62,850 bases of DNA from positions 1 through 62,850 of the forward strand of contig USEX01000004.1 in NCBI GenBank assembly GCA_900553755.1, written 5' to 3'. Positions 1 through 9,490 of the stretch are shown one piece after another. Below the pieces are notes generated by a model. That model worked only from the letters and a program-made list of their open reading frames with translations. It had not been told where the DNA came from and made no database searches. Numbering within the stretch: position 1 is the first letter of the stretch; each line of letters starts with the position of its first letter. The position numbers and the translations under genes were made by a program. This DNA is from an uncultured Clostridium sp. (lineage in GTDB: Bacteria > Bacillota > Clostridia > TANB77 > CAG-508).

Positions 1-49
1 GTAATATTCTATATATTCAATTATATCATTTTCTAATTCTTCTATATTT

Positions 50-1430
50 TTATATGTCCAAAGATTCACCTGTATAAACATTTCCATCAACAAAGCAAAA
101 CTCTTCTGGCAGATTGTGAACTAAACAGCTGTCTTCCCCGACAAAATAATTATGATTATCTTCTACTTCAAAATTATACACAGTAATTTTTTCATTTTTT
201 ACTATGTTCTCTACATCTTTAACTATAATCTCCTGATTGTCTTGTGATAATAATATGTCTCCTACTTCTATATAATAAGCCTTTGTCCATCCTTTATTTT
301 TAGTATATATTTCGTGCCCTGTTGTAGCTTCTATAATAGATTTTTCTGTATATAATTTTGTAACTTTATAATCAGCATCGTGTTCAAACTTTTGCAATAC
401 TCTCTTAGCCTCAATTATATCCTTTTCTATATTCTTACTATAAACCAAATCACCCTCTTTTATATCTTGTATCTTAATATGTCCATTAGGAGTTGATACT
501 AAAGTGTTTTCTTTAAAGCATAATTGATCCACATAGAAATGAAAATATTTAGACTTATTTCCAAAACTATCATTTAACACATAAACCATATCTGTATATG
601 CCCTAGTTTCAGCATTTTTTTTATTTAAATCATTCGGGCCTCCTGCAACATGATAATTGGCTTCTCCTTCTAGACAATCATATGTTATTTCTCCCGCTCC
701 AACATAGTTGCTCCATATATCTAATACACAATTATCTGGAATATCTTTAAAGCATAAATCTTCGAGATTTATTCCTAAAGCATAAATTTCCGTTCCATCA
801 ATTACTTTAAGAGCACAAGTTGCCATCAGTTCCTCTTTACCTTTTACTTTACAAGTAATTGTAGTTTCTCCATTCTTTATTCCTGTTATTCTACCATTAC
901 TAATAGTTGCAACTGTTTTGTCAGAACTATCCCATATAAACTCTATTTTACCTTCGCTATTATCTACATTTACATTTATTGTTCCGACTCTTTCCATTTA
1001 TTAGTCCTGATTTTTCACCACAATCTAATGAGATAGAAGTTAAACTAGCATATGGATCAAATACTATTATTTTTGTTCCTATTTGAACCTTCCCAGTAGT
1101 TTCAATTTCTGTTTTTTCTTCTGAAGTAATTAAATTTCTATCTAGTAATGAAGTCAGCATATCATCTAAACTTTGAGCTTTACCATCATTAGTATTTTCT
1201 GGCAATGTATTATACATTTTCCATAAATCGCATTCTGTTGCAACACTATCCGCTCTCGTCTCTAATTTTGCCTCTTTTGCTTTTGTTATTATTCCATTGT
1301 TGCTAATCACAAGATTAATGCTTACTCCTGCTAAAATTAATAAGACAACGATCGTTACAACGAGTGCAATTAAGGTTATTCCTCGTGTTCCTTTCTTAAT
1401 TTTTTGCTTTTCATCTGTTCTCTTTCTCAT
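50..1430 (-). pseudogene. Prepilin-like N-terminal TM segment + Big_2 Ig-like domain + C-terminal Hint (bacterial intein-like) domain protein. It reads as two overlapping ORFs (960-1430 and 50-997) because of one extra C (minus-strand C at 986).
   Basis: The N-terminus KKGTRGITLIALVVTIVVLLILAG resembles a prepilin-type leader/TM. The Big_2-like stretch SLTSISLD...IWDSSDKTVATISNGRITGIKNGETTITCKV straddles the ORF junction. Hint blocks CFKENTLVSTPNG, TTGHEI and VYNFEVEDNHNYFVGEDSCLVHN lie at 113-520. Confidence 0.6.
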
Positions 1431-1573
1431 TCTTTTACCTCCATTTTTTATTTTTTTATAAAGCTATTGGTTACAATTTACTATAATTTATGGATCTATG
1501 TCAAGTTTTTGGACACTTTTTTTGAGAATTTTTTGTATTTAAGGAATGTTTTGTGAAATTGTAAGTGCTTTCT

Positions 1574-2472
1574 TTAGGCTACTTCACTCTCAACTTCACA
1601 TGGTACTTTATATCCAATTGATGAATGGATTCTCTTTCTGTTGTACCAACCTTCTATAAATTCAAATATCGCTAATTTTGCTTCTTCAAAAGTTTCGTAC
1701 TCATGTAAATTCACTTCTTCTTTCTTTAATATGGCATTGAAGCTTTCCATACTTGCGTTATCATACGGATATCCCTTTTTGCTGTAAGAATGCCTTAAAT
1801 TTAATTCTCGTAAGTATTCTTCAACTTTATTTGATGTATATTGTGAACCTAAATCACTATTAAATATTGCTTTCTTCCTAAATTTTCCTTTTTTTCTTGC
1901 ATTCTCTATAGCCTTGATTACTAAATCTGCATCCATATTTTTCCCATAACTATATCCAATTACGCTTAAACTATATAAATCCATTGCTATTGCTAAGTAT
2001 GTCCAACCTAGCTCTTTGGTGTATATATATGTAATGTCTGAAACTAGTTTTTCTCTAAGATGTTTAGCTTTAAATTCCTGTTTTAATAAATTGGGTTTAT
2101 TTGTATCATCAACTTTACTTTTTGCTGGTCCTGGATTATATTTTTTTATAATCGCAGATTTAATTCCTAATATCCTCATTCTTCTTGCAACTCTTTTTTG
2201 ACTAACTTTAATTCCATCTTTTTCTAGTTATTTCTTTATTTTAGGAGATCCATATCTTCCTTTTGAATTATTATATTTTTCCAGTATCTTCCTGTCTAAT
2301 TCCTTGTTGCTTTCTTCATAGCTGTTTACTTTTCCTTGTTGATGATAATAATATACTGAACGCGGTACTTTTAGTACCTTGCATAGCAATCTTACATTAT
2401 GTTTATCCTTATTTTTTTCTATGAACTTTATTCTTTCTTCTATTTCTGCGTGAATATGGCAACCGCTTTTTT
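1574..2472 (-). pseudogene. IS3 transposase OrfB (integrase core, DDE), disrupted by an in-frame TAA at 2228-2230
   Basis: The -1 frame after the A7 run reads ..EERIKFIEKNKDKHNVRLLCKVLKVPRSVYYYHQQG..GRYGSPKIKK*LEKDGIKVSQKRVARRMRILGI. It then continues into the rve core (DITYIYT..WTYLAIAMDLYS..FNSDLGSQYTS..YPYDNASMESFN..WYNRKRIHSSIGY). Confidence 0.8.
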
Positions 2473-2718
2473 TAGTATTTCATTTTCTTCTTTAGCTTTA
2501 GCTAATTCCTTCTTTAAACGTTTTATTTCATGATTTGTAGTTGTTTCATTATTTGCAACCTTTATTTTTCCATATTCCTTTATCCATCTATATAATGTTG
2601 CTTCTGCAATGCCATATTCACGTTTGATTTCTACTACTGGCTTTTTATTTTCGTATAATTCTATAATCATCTTCTTAAAATCTTCATCATAACTTTTTTT
2701 CATAGCCACCTTCGACAC
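2440..2718 (-). CDS. IS3 transposase OrfA (HTH_Tnp_1-like)
   Basis: MSKVAMKKSYDEDFKKMIIELYENKKPVVEIKREYGIAEATLYRWIKEY followed by a leucine-zipper-like tail. It ends just after the AAAAAAA -1 frameshift motif. Confidence 0.85.
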   Translation of the reverse strand: MSKVAMKKSYDEDFKKMIIELYENKKPVVEIKREYGIAEATLYRWIKEYGKIKVANNETTTNHEIKRLKKELAKAKEENEILKKAVAIFTQK

Positions 2719-2775
2719 ACTCCTTTCTGATTAGTGTACATAATCTATTATGCACCCTCTCATAAAATGTGTCCA

Positions 2776-2979
2776 TATATCTATTCTAACACCACCTATT
2801 GTATTCTGCAATTCATCTTGATTATAATAACCCATACAAGTAGTTAAATCTCCCTGTGGATCTGCATCAATAAGTAAAACCTTTTTACCCTCTTTTGCAA
2901 GAGCTACACCTAAAGAAAAAGTGGTAGTTGTTTTTCCAACTCCACCCTTTTGATTGGCTATGGCTATAATTTTACTCAT
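2776..2979 (-). pseudogene. parA: ParA/Soj-type partition ATPase, N-terminal 68 codons only, truncated by the IS3 end
   Basis: It carries the deviant Walker [11 protein letters not shown] and LLIDADPQG. The native sequence stops at ..GGVRIDI, exactly where the IS inverted repeat (TGGACAC, W69) begins. No parA remainder lies left of the IS. Confidence 0.8.
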
Positions 2980-3286
2980 CGTCTTCCTCCTGTTCTTCTG
3001 TTATTTGAACATAGTCATCACCAAATTCACTTGAATAATCTCCTTCTGCTTTTATACAATTTATGTAATCAAATATTGATTCATTTAATGCCATAAAGAT
3101 AACATCTAAATTTATATTGTTTGAATTATATGGTTTAAGTTCTCTTAAATATCCATTTACTAGAATCATGTCTTCCATTTCTAAAACAATATAATCATCT
3201 ACATCAATATCATTTTCAAATATAAAGCAAAATGGTGGTTCACTTATAGCACTATAAACAATGTTCATTAAATCATTAACAGACAT
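2972..3286 (-). CDS. Hypothetical strongly acidic protein (104 aa, tail EEQEEDDE); its stop overlaps the parA start
   Basis: The ORF overlaps the parA ATG by 8 nt (translational coupling). I recognise no domain. Confidence 0.45.
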   Translation of the reverse strand: MSVNDLMNIVYSAISEPPFCFIFENDIDVDDYIVLEMEDMILVNGYLRELKPYNSNNINLDVIFMALNESIFDYINCIKAEGDYSSEFGDDYVQITEEQEEDDE

Positions 3287-3307
3287 TAGATATTGATTAT
3301 CAAGTAG

Positions 3308-3499
3308 TTATTTTAATTCTTTATTGTTAGTTTCAGAAATCTTATTTCTAACATCTCGAACATCTAGCACCTTTTGTGTTGCTAATAATAAATGTTTCTT
3401 AAATAAATATCTTTCTTCCATCTCATATATTTTTCTTTGTATATGATATGAATTTTTTAATTTTTCTTTTGTTATTTCTTCTAAATCTTTTTCTTTCAT
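3308..3499 (-). CDS. Hypothetical small charged/helical protein (63 aa)
   Basis: This ORF sits upstream of the acidic ORF in the same orientation. No recognisable motif. Confidence 0.35.
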   Translation of the reverse strand: MKEKDLEEITKEKLKNSYHIQRKIYEMEERYLFKKHLLLATQKVLDVRDVRNKISETNNKELK

Positions 3500-3597
3500 C
3501 TTTACCTCTCTTTCTTGGAAGCATAAAAAAGAAGATAACTTATTACAGTATGTCGCAGTTTTAAGAATATATACTTTATGAAAGGACGGTTGATGTT

Positions 3598-4410
3598 ATG
3601 GCTAAAAACTATAACTGGAGAATCAAACGGGAATATTACAATCTTATCAACAAGGGAATCAATACCCTTGAAGTAAGGGTTGGATATCCTGATATTAAAA
3701 GAGTTCAAAAAGGTGATACAATCACTTTTAAGGACTATTCTAATATCAAGTTTGAGGTTATCCGTGTAACTCGCTATGAAGATTTCCCTGACATGCTCGA
3801 CAATGAAGATTCTTCTAAGGCAATTCCTGGCGTTACCAAGTATAAAGCTTTGGAAATGTATCAGGAAATTTATCCTGAAGATAAGGAAGCTTTGGGAGTC
3901 TATGTGTTTGAACTTCGCAAACAGACAAACGATATGAGGATTTACACATTAAGCTCTCTTATCAACAACCATAATCTCTTTGGTAAATTTGCACAGGCTG
4001 CTTATTCTGTTACGGATTACATCTGTAAAGATTATCCTAAGCATTTTGAGTGGTATTGGGCAAAAGAAATTCCTAGAGTATTTAATGGTACTGGCGAAGT
4101 CGTTATTTGCACAATTAATAACAATGTAGCTGGTGTAGCATTTTTGAAAAAGGATGATACTGAAAGCAAGATTTGTACTTTTCTCGTAGTAGAAGGCTAT
4201 CGTGGGAAACATGTTGCAACAAAGATGTTAGAACAAGCTTTTAAGTATCTCGGTACTACAAAGCCTCTTATCACAATTGCAGACTACAAAATCCCAATGT
4301 TTGAGCCTATCATCAAGAAATATAATTGGGAGTTGACTCAAACTATGAGCGAAGGCTACTATAACAACTCTTCTCGTGAGTTAGTGTACAACGGAGAACT
4401 TCCCGAATAG
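3598..4410 (+). CDS. ASCH domain - GNAT N-acetyltransferase fusion protein
   Basis: The N-terminal part IKREYYNLINKGINTLEVRVGYPDIKRVQKGDTITF...GVYVFELR has the ASCH/PUA-like pattern. The C-terminal part VAGVAFLKKDD..FLVVEGYRGKHVATKMLEQAFKYL is a GNAT motif A. The gene is visibly GC-richer than its neighbours and has an AAAGGA RBS. Confidence 0.7.
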   Translation: MAKNYNWRIKREYYNLINKGINTLEVRVGYPDIKRVQKGDTITFKDYSNIKFEVIRVTRYEDFPDMLDNEDSSKAIPGVTKYKALEMYQEIYPEDKEALGVYVFELRKQTNDMRIYTLSSLINNHNLFGKFAQAAYSVTDYICKDYPKHFEWYWAKEIPRVFNGTGEVVICTINNNVAGVAFLKKDDTESKICTFLVVEGYRGKHVATKMLEQAFKYLGTTKPLITIADYKIPMFEPIIKKYNWELTQTMSEGYYNNSSRELVYNGELPE

Positions 4411-4434
4411 TTTTCAATCTGTCAAGGCAAAACA

Positions 4435-4475
4435 AAACACACTCTTAGATTCAAATGAATTTTTGAGTGTGTTTT
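4435..4475. terminator. Bidirectional hairpin terminator between the convergent ASCH genes
   Basis: AAAACACACTC..(loop)..GAGTGTGTTTT flanked by A/T runs. Confidence 0.6.
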
Positions 4476-4477
4476 TA

Positions 4478-4819
4478 TTATATTTTTTCAATTCGTATTC
4501 CGACAACACCATATTGTTTTTGTTTCTCTGGTGTATAAAATTCTTCTAATACACTTAATAATTCTTGCTTTGTCATTGATTTATCAGCCATCATTTCTAT
4601 ATCAAAATCCTCTAATAATTCTTCAAATGTATTATATCTTAACAAACCTATAACTTTGACTTTCATAGTCGTTTCTAATTCAGGTTCTTTTTGAAAAATT
4701 ATAGTATCTCCAATAGCAATTTTTTGTCTTTTTTCGTCATATAACCTCAATTCTATTCTTTTTGTGCCATTGTTAATATAATCGAAATATTTAGGTTGTA
4801 ATTTTAATATATGTTCCAT
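4478..4819 (-). CDS. Stand-alone ASCH domain protein (113 aa from MEHILKL)
   Basis: MEHILKLQPKYFDYINNGTKRIELRLYDEKRQKIAIGDTIIF..YGVVGIRIEKI has the ASCH pattern. A GGAGG RBS precedes the internal ATG, and the upstream TTG extension is unlikely to be real. Confidence 0.7.
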   Translation of the reverse strand: MEHILKLQPKYFDYINNGTKRIELRLYDEKRQKIAIGDTIIFQKEPELETTMKVKVIGLLRYNTFEELLEDFDIEMMADKSMTKQELLSVLEEFYTPEKQKQYGVVGIRIEKI

Positions 4820-4910
4820 TTTTTTACCTCCAGTTAGTATTGTAACACAAAGATTTTTTTTGTAAATAGCCATTCCAAGCAATTTTTATTTTATAAAATT
4901 TCATTAAATT

Positions 4911-5426
4911 TTAAGTAATATATTTTCTATGCGAATTTTTAACATTGTTTTGATTAACCATTGCATATTCCATTGTTGTGTCTATTTTAATATGTCCCAA
5001 TAATTTTGGTACTTGTTCTATTGGCATCTCTTTATCAATAGCCATAGTCGCCATTGTTCTTCTTATATTGTCTATTGTTACCATACCAGCTTTTGAATTG
5101 CTTTTATAATCAGCTAAATAGTTTCTTAATATTTCAGTAGTAATTTCATTTATTGGAAGATTTACAGTATCAAGCATTTTATTTATATTATCTCTGTAGT
5201 AATTTAAAGTTCTTGTTGAGCACCCTTCAATTTCCTTAGATGCTATAAATCTATCTAAAATATCTGTATTATTCTTTTGAGTTTTTTGCCTTTTAATTTG
5301 TTCTATTATTTCAATTTGATAATTTAAACATATTTCTGTAAGTATTTCTCTTAATCTTATTCTTTGGTTATCATCTAAGAAGTCTGCCATTTTAGTAGTT
5401 ACTTCTTTGATAAATAACTCTTTCAC
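4911..5426 (-). pseudogene. Tyrosine recombinase/phage-type integrase with an internal deletion of the catalytic core
   Basis: The N-terminal SAM-like domain (..STRTLNYYRDNINKMLD..ILRNYLADYK..TIDNIRR) joins directly to the extreme C-terminus (RRTMATMAIDKEMPIEQVPKLLGHIKIDTTMEYAMV). It is 171 aa against the ~300-350 aa usual for this family. Confidence 0.75.
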
Positions 5427-5491
5427 TTACATTTCTCCTTTCTTTGTAATTAAAAGAAGAATAGATTCTTATTTCTATTCTTCTTTGGCTA

Positions 5492-6340
5492 TTATTCATT
5501 TACTATATAACCTGTTGTATCTGGTTTTACAATATCGCTATCTTTTACAATATTAAATTTATATTCATAATCAACTACTGCATCATTTTTTCTTGTTATT
5601 TCTTTATTTGATTTTTCTATATTTCTAACTGCCAATCCTGTTTCTTTATCTATATACCTTTCATAACTATTTCCTTTAATAACATAACACTCTTTTCCAT
5701 TACAATAAGTAGAATCAATTCCTGTTATTAAGGCATATTGGAGATTTGCTAATATTCCATCTGCTACATAAGTTACAGGCAATATATGTCCACCTATCAT
5801 TGTCTCTGCATTTAGTACATATTTTTTTCCCTCTGATTCTGTCATAAATAGTTGTTCTTCGCCTTTTCTATAATAAGTTATTTTTTGAATATTACTTCCA
5901 TTAACAACTTTAGTAAGTGTAGTCAAGTAATCTTCTCCTTTATTATAACTTTCTGTTATAGTTAAAGTATCTCCTTGATATGAATATAATCTCACATAAT
6001 AATTATCGTTTATTCTGTTTTCAGTTGCTTTTCCAGAAAGCGAAGACATTATAATTGTTCTTCTTCCTACAGCTATTACATATATTAATATTATAATTAA
6101 TAATGTATATTTTAAAATTTTTAATTTCTTATTATATTTTTTAATATATTTTACCTCTCTGTCATCTCTTTTTGTAGTACTTACTTTAATTTCTTTTTGC
6201 ATATTTTCTAATACTTTTTGACATTCCGGACACTCTTTTAAATGTTCCTCAATAAAACGATTGGTTTCTTCATTTGTTAAATTTTCAATGTAATTTGGTA
6301 ATAAATCTTGGACAATCTTACAATCTCTTTTCTCTTTCAT
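5492..6340 (-). CDS. Anti-sigma factor (zf-HC2 type) with one TM helix and an extracytoplasmic domain
   Basis: It contains DCKIVQDLLPNYIENLTNEETNRFIEEHLKECPECQKV (H-x3-C-x2-C), then the TM helix LKYTLLIIILIYVIAV. An AGGAGG RBS precedes the start, which overlaps the sigma-factor stop. Confidence 0.8.
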   Translation of the reverse strand: MKEKRDCKIVQDLLPNYIENLTNEETNRFIEEHLKECPECQKVLENMQKEIKVSTTKRDDREVKYIKKYNKKLKILKYTLLIIILIYVIAVGRRTIIMSSLSGKATENRINDNYYVRLYSYQGDTLTITESYNKGEDYLTTLTKVVNGSNIQKITYYRKGEEQLFMTESEGKKYVLNAETMIGGHILPVTYVADGILANLQYALITGIDSTYCNGKECYVIKGNSYERYIDKETGLAVRNIEKSNKEITRKNDAVVDYEYKFNIVKDSDIVKPDTTGYIVNE

Positions 6341-6341
6341 A

Positions 6342-6670
6342 TCAATCAACCTCCTTTAATTGATTTTTTCCTCGGTAAAATGTTACTCTAGCCCAGTTTT
6401 CTGTTTTATTCAAAATAATTCCTATTTCTTTAAAACTAAGTTCTCCTGTTATCCTTAAATACATTACTTCTCTTGTTTTCTCATCTAAATACTGCATTTT
6501 TTTATATAATGAAATTTTTTCATCATTTGACATAACCATACTGACATCTTACATTCGCCCTTATATGTATCAATTTTCTTTACTGCTTTATAAAAGGTTT
6601 CTTGGGTAAGTTCTTCAGAAATATCATTATTATGAGTTAAACAGAATAAGTATGACGTATGAAATTTCAT
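6342..6670 (-). pseudogene. ECF-type RNA polymerase sigma factor remnant (two fragments, N-terminally truncated, internal loss between regions 2 and 4)
   Basis: Region 2 is LTHNNDISEELTQETFYKAVKKIDTYKGE..SVWLCQ (6485-6670). Region 4 is EVMYLRITGELSFKEIGIILNKTENWARVTFYRGKNQL (6342-6539). The two lie in different frames and about 40 aa of linker is missing. Confidence 0.75.
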
Positions 6671-6767
6671 TTCGTTACAAAATTTCCAAAAAAATTTTGT
6701 ATATTACATTAAAAATGTTCCTATTTTTAATTGATTTATTCAAATCATCTCCTATCTTCAATTATTT

Positions 6768-9381
6768 CTATATCCATTCCTTATATTTCTTTATATAAAT
6801 TTTCTTTGCATAACTTGCTACAATACAATATAAGAATGTGACTCCAAATATCATGAAAATATATTTTAATGCAATTGGTGCTAAGCCTATCGCAGTTCCT
6901 AGAGGCGTAAATGGTACTAAAATTCCTATTATAATTAACAGAATTGAAGATATATAAACAGCCTTATGTGCATTGCTTTGTATAAATGGTGTTTTTGCCG
7001 TTCTTATAATGTGCATTCCTATTAAATTTGATACTATACTGTAAGTGAACCATATTGTTTGAAAGTGCGTAACATCTCTAACTGTGAAAACAAACCATAA
7101 TAGTAAAAATACAACTATATCAAATAGTGAGCTTACAGGGCCCATAAAAAACATAAACCTTTTTAAGCTTTTTATATTTAATTTTTTTGGCTTTCTAATC
7201 AATTCTTTATCTACATTGTCAAACGGAATTGTCATTTGACCAAAGTCATATAATAGTCCTTCTACTAATAGTTGAATTGGTGTTTCAGGTAAAAATGGTA
7301 GTACAATGCTTGCAATAATTACTGAAACTACTTCCCCAAAGTTGAAGCTTGTTGCCATTTTTATATATTTCATTAAATTTACATATGTTTTTCTTCCGTT
7401 CCATTACACCATCTAATAGTACATTAAGGTCTTTTTCAAGTAATATAATATCTGCAGTTTCTTTTGCTATATCAACTGCAGTATCAACAGAAATTCCAAC
7501 ATCGGAATTTGTTAATGCTGGACTATCGTTTATTCCATCTCCCATATATCCTACAACATTTCCATTTTGTTTTAAGACTCTAACAATCCTTGCTTTTTGT
7601 ATTGGAGAAAGTTTCGCAAATACATTATTTCTTTTTAATAATCTTGATAGTGCTACATCTGATAATGTATCTATTTTATTTCCAGTTATGATTTCTTTTG
7701 AATTTATCCCTGCTTTATTGCAAACACATCTTGTAACTTCAACATTATCACCTGTAAGAACCATAACTCTTATTCCTGCATTGTTTAAGCCTTCTATTGC
7801 TTCTTTTGCACTTTCCTTTGGTGGATCAAGAAAACCAATAAAGCCTAATAAAGTCATGTTTTTTTCATCAGTGCTATTAAAATCTTTTTTATTATTAGTT
7901 ATAATTTTTTTACAAATTGCAACAACCCTAAAGCCTTCCTCATTTAAGTTTTTACAAATTTTTCTCATGTTTTCTATTTTTTCATTTGTAAGCTTTTCCG
8001 TTTGTCCCTTATATTCAAATGTTGTACAAATATTTAGAATTTCTTCAACAGCACCTTTTGTTATTAATTCATCTTTATTATCAATTTCTACTGCTACAGA
8101 TAAACACCTACGAGAAAAGTCAAAAGGAATTTCATCTATTTTTTTATATTTTTCTACACTATTCTCAATTCCAATAGTTTTAGCTTTAGCAACTACTGCC
8201 TCATCTATATTACTCTTTAGCCCTGTTTGCAAATAAGCATTTAAAAAAGCATATTTTAAAATATCAAAATCTTCTTCTCCATTTACATTCAAGTATCTTT
8301 CCAGAACAATCTTATCTTCTGTCAATGTTCCTGTCTTGTCTGTACAGAATATGTTCATTGCTCCAAAGTTTTGAATTGAATCTAACTTCTTAACAATAGT
8401 CTTCTTTTTTGACATTCTCACAGCACCTTTAGATAAACTTGAAGACAGAATAACAGGTAACAATAGTGGTGTTATGCAAATGGCTATTGCAACAGCAAAA
8501 GTAAATGCTAGAATAATATCATGTTTTTCCACATTTATTAAAAATACTATTGGAATCATAAATATCATAAGTCTAATTAATAATTTACTTATACTTTCGA
8601 TCCCTTTTTGAAATGCTGTTTTTTCTTTTCCAGAAGTTACGGTATTTGCTATTTTCCCAAAATATGTTGAATCTCCAACTTTTATTACAACACCTTTTGC
8701 CGAACCAGATATAACATTTGTACCCATAAAACAAATATTATCAAAGTCTGATATGCTGTCTAATCCTTCTTGATTGTTTTCTAATTCAACGGTTTTCTTT
8801 ATATTATCTGATTCTCCCGTTAATGAAGCCTGTCCTACATATAAGTCTTTTGATTCGATTATTCTTAAATCAGCCGGTATAATACTTCCAGCAGACAATA
8901 AAACAATGTCTCCTAAGGTTACATTTTTAACTGGTATATTTATTTCTTTGTTATCTCTAATAACTGTAGTAGTTGTTTCAACTATTTCCCTTAATTTTTC
9001 TGCTGCCTTATTAGATCTATATGACTCAAAAAAATCTAATAAAGTACTTGCAGTAACTAAAATTGCTATGACTATTATATTTGCATAGCTTGGTTCTATT
9101 GCTAAATATATATCTGTATATATTAAGATAATTGAAATACCAATTAAAATGTAGTTAAAAGGTGTTAGTAAACTTTGTAGTAAATAATTATACCACTTCT
9201 TAGGTTTAGCCTTTTTTGTTTCGTTAAGACCAAATTTCTTAATATTAATTTCAGCTTGTTTACTAGTAAGCCCCTTTTCATTTAAGTTATGCTTTTTTAA
9301 AAATTCATCTCTTTTTGTAGTACTGTCTTCTCCATACATTTTTAATACATCAACATTTTCTTTTGAATCACTCATATTCAC
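6768..9381 (-). pseudogene. mgtA: Mg2+-importing P-type ATPase (MgtA/MgtB family), split into ORFs 7285-9381 and 6768-7373 by one extra C (minus-strand C at 7398)
   Basis: It carries FCTDKTGTLT, MVLTGDN and GDGINDSPAL. Skipping the C restores ..[33 protein letters not shown].. (conserved EGR..MKYIKM.SSNFGN). The combined length of ~899 aa is typical of MgtA. Confidence 0.85.
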
Positions 9382-9490
9382 ACCTCTTTACAAAAAAATA
9401 TATAATCTAAACATAATAAGTTTCCTAATATAATTAATAATATTCCTGTTTTTAATTTTTTTATAATCGATCTTTCATTTCAACAAATTT

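Larger units (their letters stand above)
1510..2775 (-). mobile_element. IS3-family insertion sequence (~1.27 kb) with orfA/orfB organisation; orfB is inactivated by an in-frame stop
   Basis: Imperfect terminal inverted repeats TGGACAC(T/A)TTTT(T/A)TGAGA lie at about 1510-1528 and 2757-2775 (TG..CA ends). It has an HTH-type orfA and an rve/DDE orfB. An A7 slippery run at 2467-2473 sits at the orfA end. End coordinates are +/- a few nt. Confidence 0.8.

Noticed and set aside
789-792. The idea that CGGA/TCCG is a motif at which the assembly always gains a base (for example a methylation-motif basecalling error).
   Set aside because: I checked more than 30 other CGGA sites where C is the third base of a codon followed by GGA, and all read through in frame with sensible conserved protein sequence. 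Examples are ACG GAA at 789-792, GTC GGA near 4499, CAC GGA AAA at 42994-42997, ATC GGA ACA near 49870 and AAC GGA AGA near 55925. A motif-wide artefact is therefore not supported. A context-dependent artefact at only these four sites still cannot be excluded.
2467-2473. The orfA/orfB frame change in the IS3 element as a fifth lesion of the frameshift class.
   Set aside because: This is the standard programmed -1 frameshift site (A7) of IS3-family transposases, not a defect. The real lesion in this IS is the TAA at 2228-2230.
7349-8236. Long plus-strand ORFs antisense to mgtA. Similar cases are 10219-10650, 20199-20633, 23959-24345, 28114-28482, 39882-40355 and 44041-44427.
   Set aside because: These are shadow ORFs opposite well-supported genes. 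Their composition is low-complexity (S/F/L/I-rich), they have no RBS and they show no recognisable domains.
9382-9490. A possible M-box (Mg2+) riboswitch or leader upstream of mgtA.
   Set aside because: The intergenic region is only ~109 nt and extremely AT-rich. It is too short for an M-box (~160 nt), and I could not recognise conserved helices.
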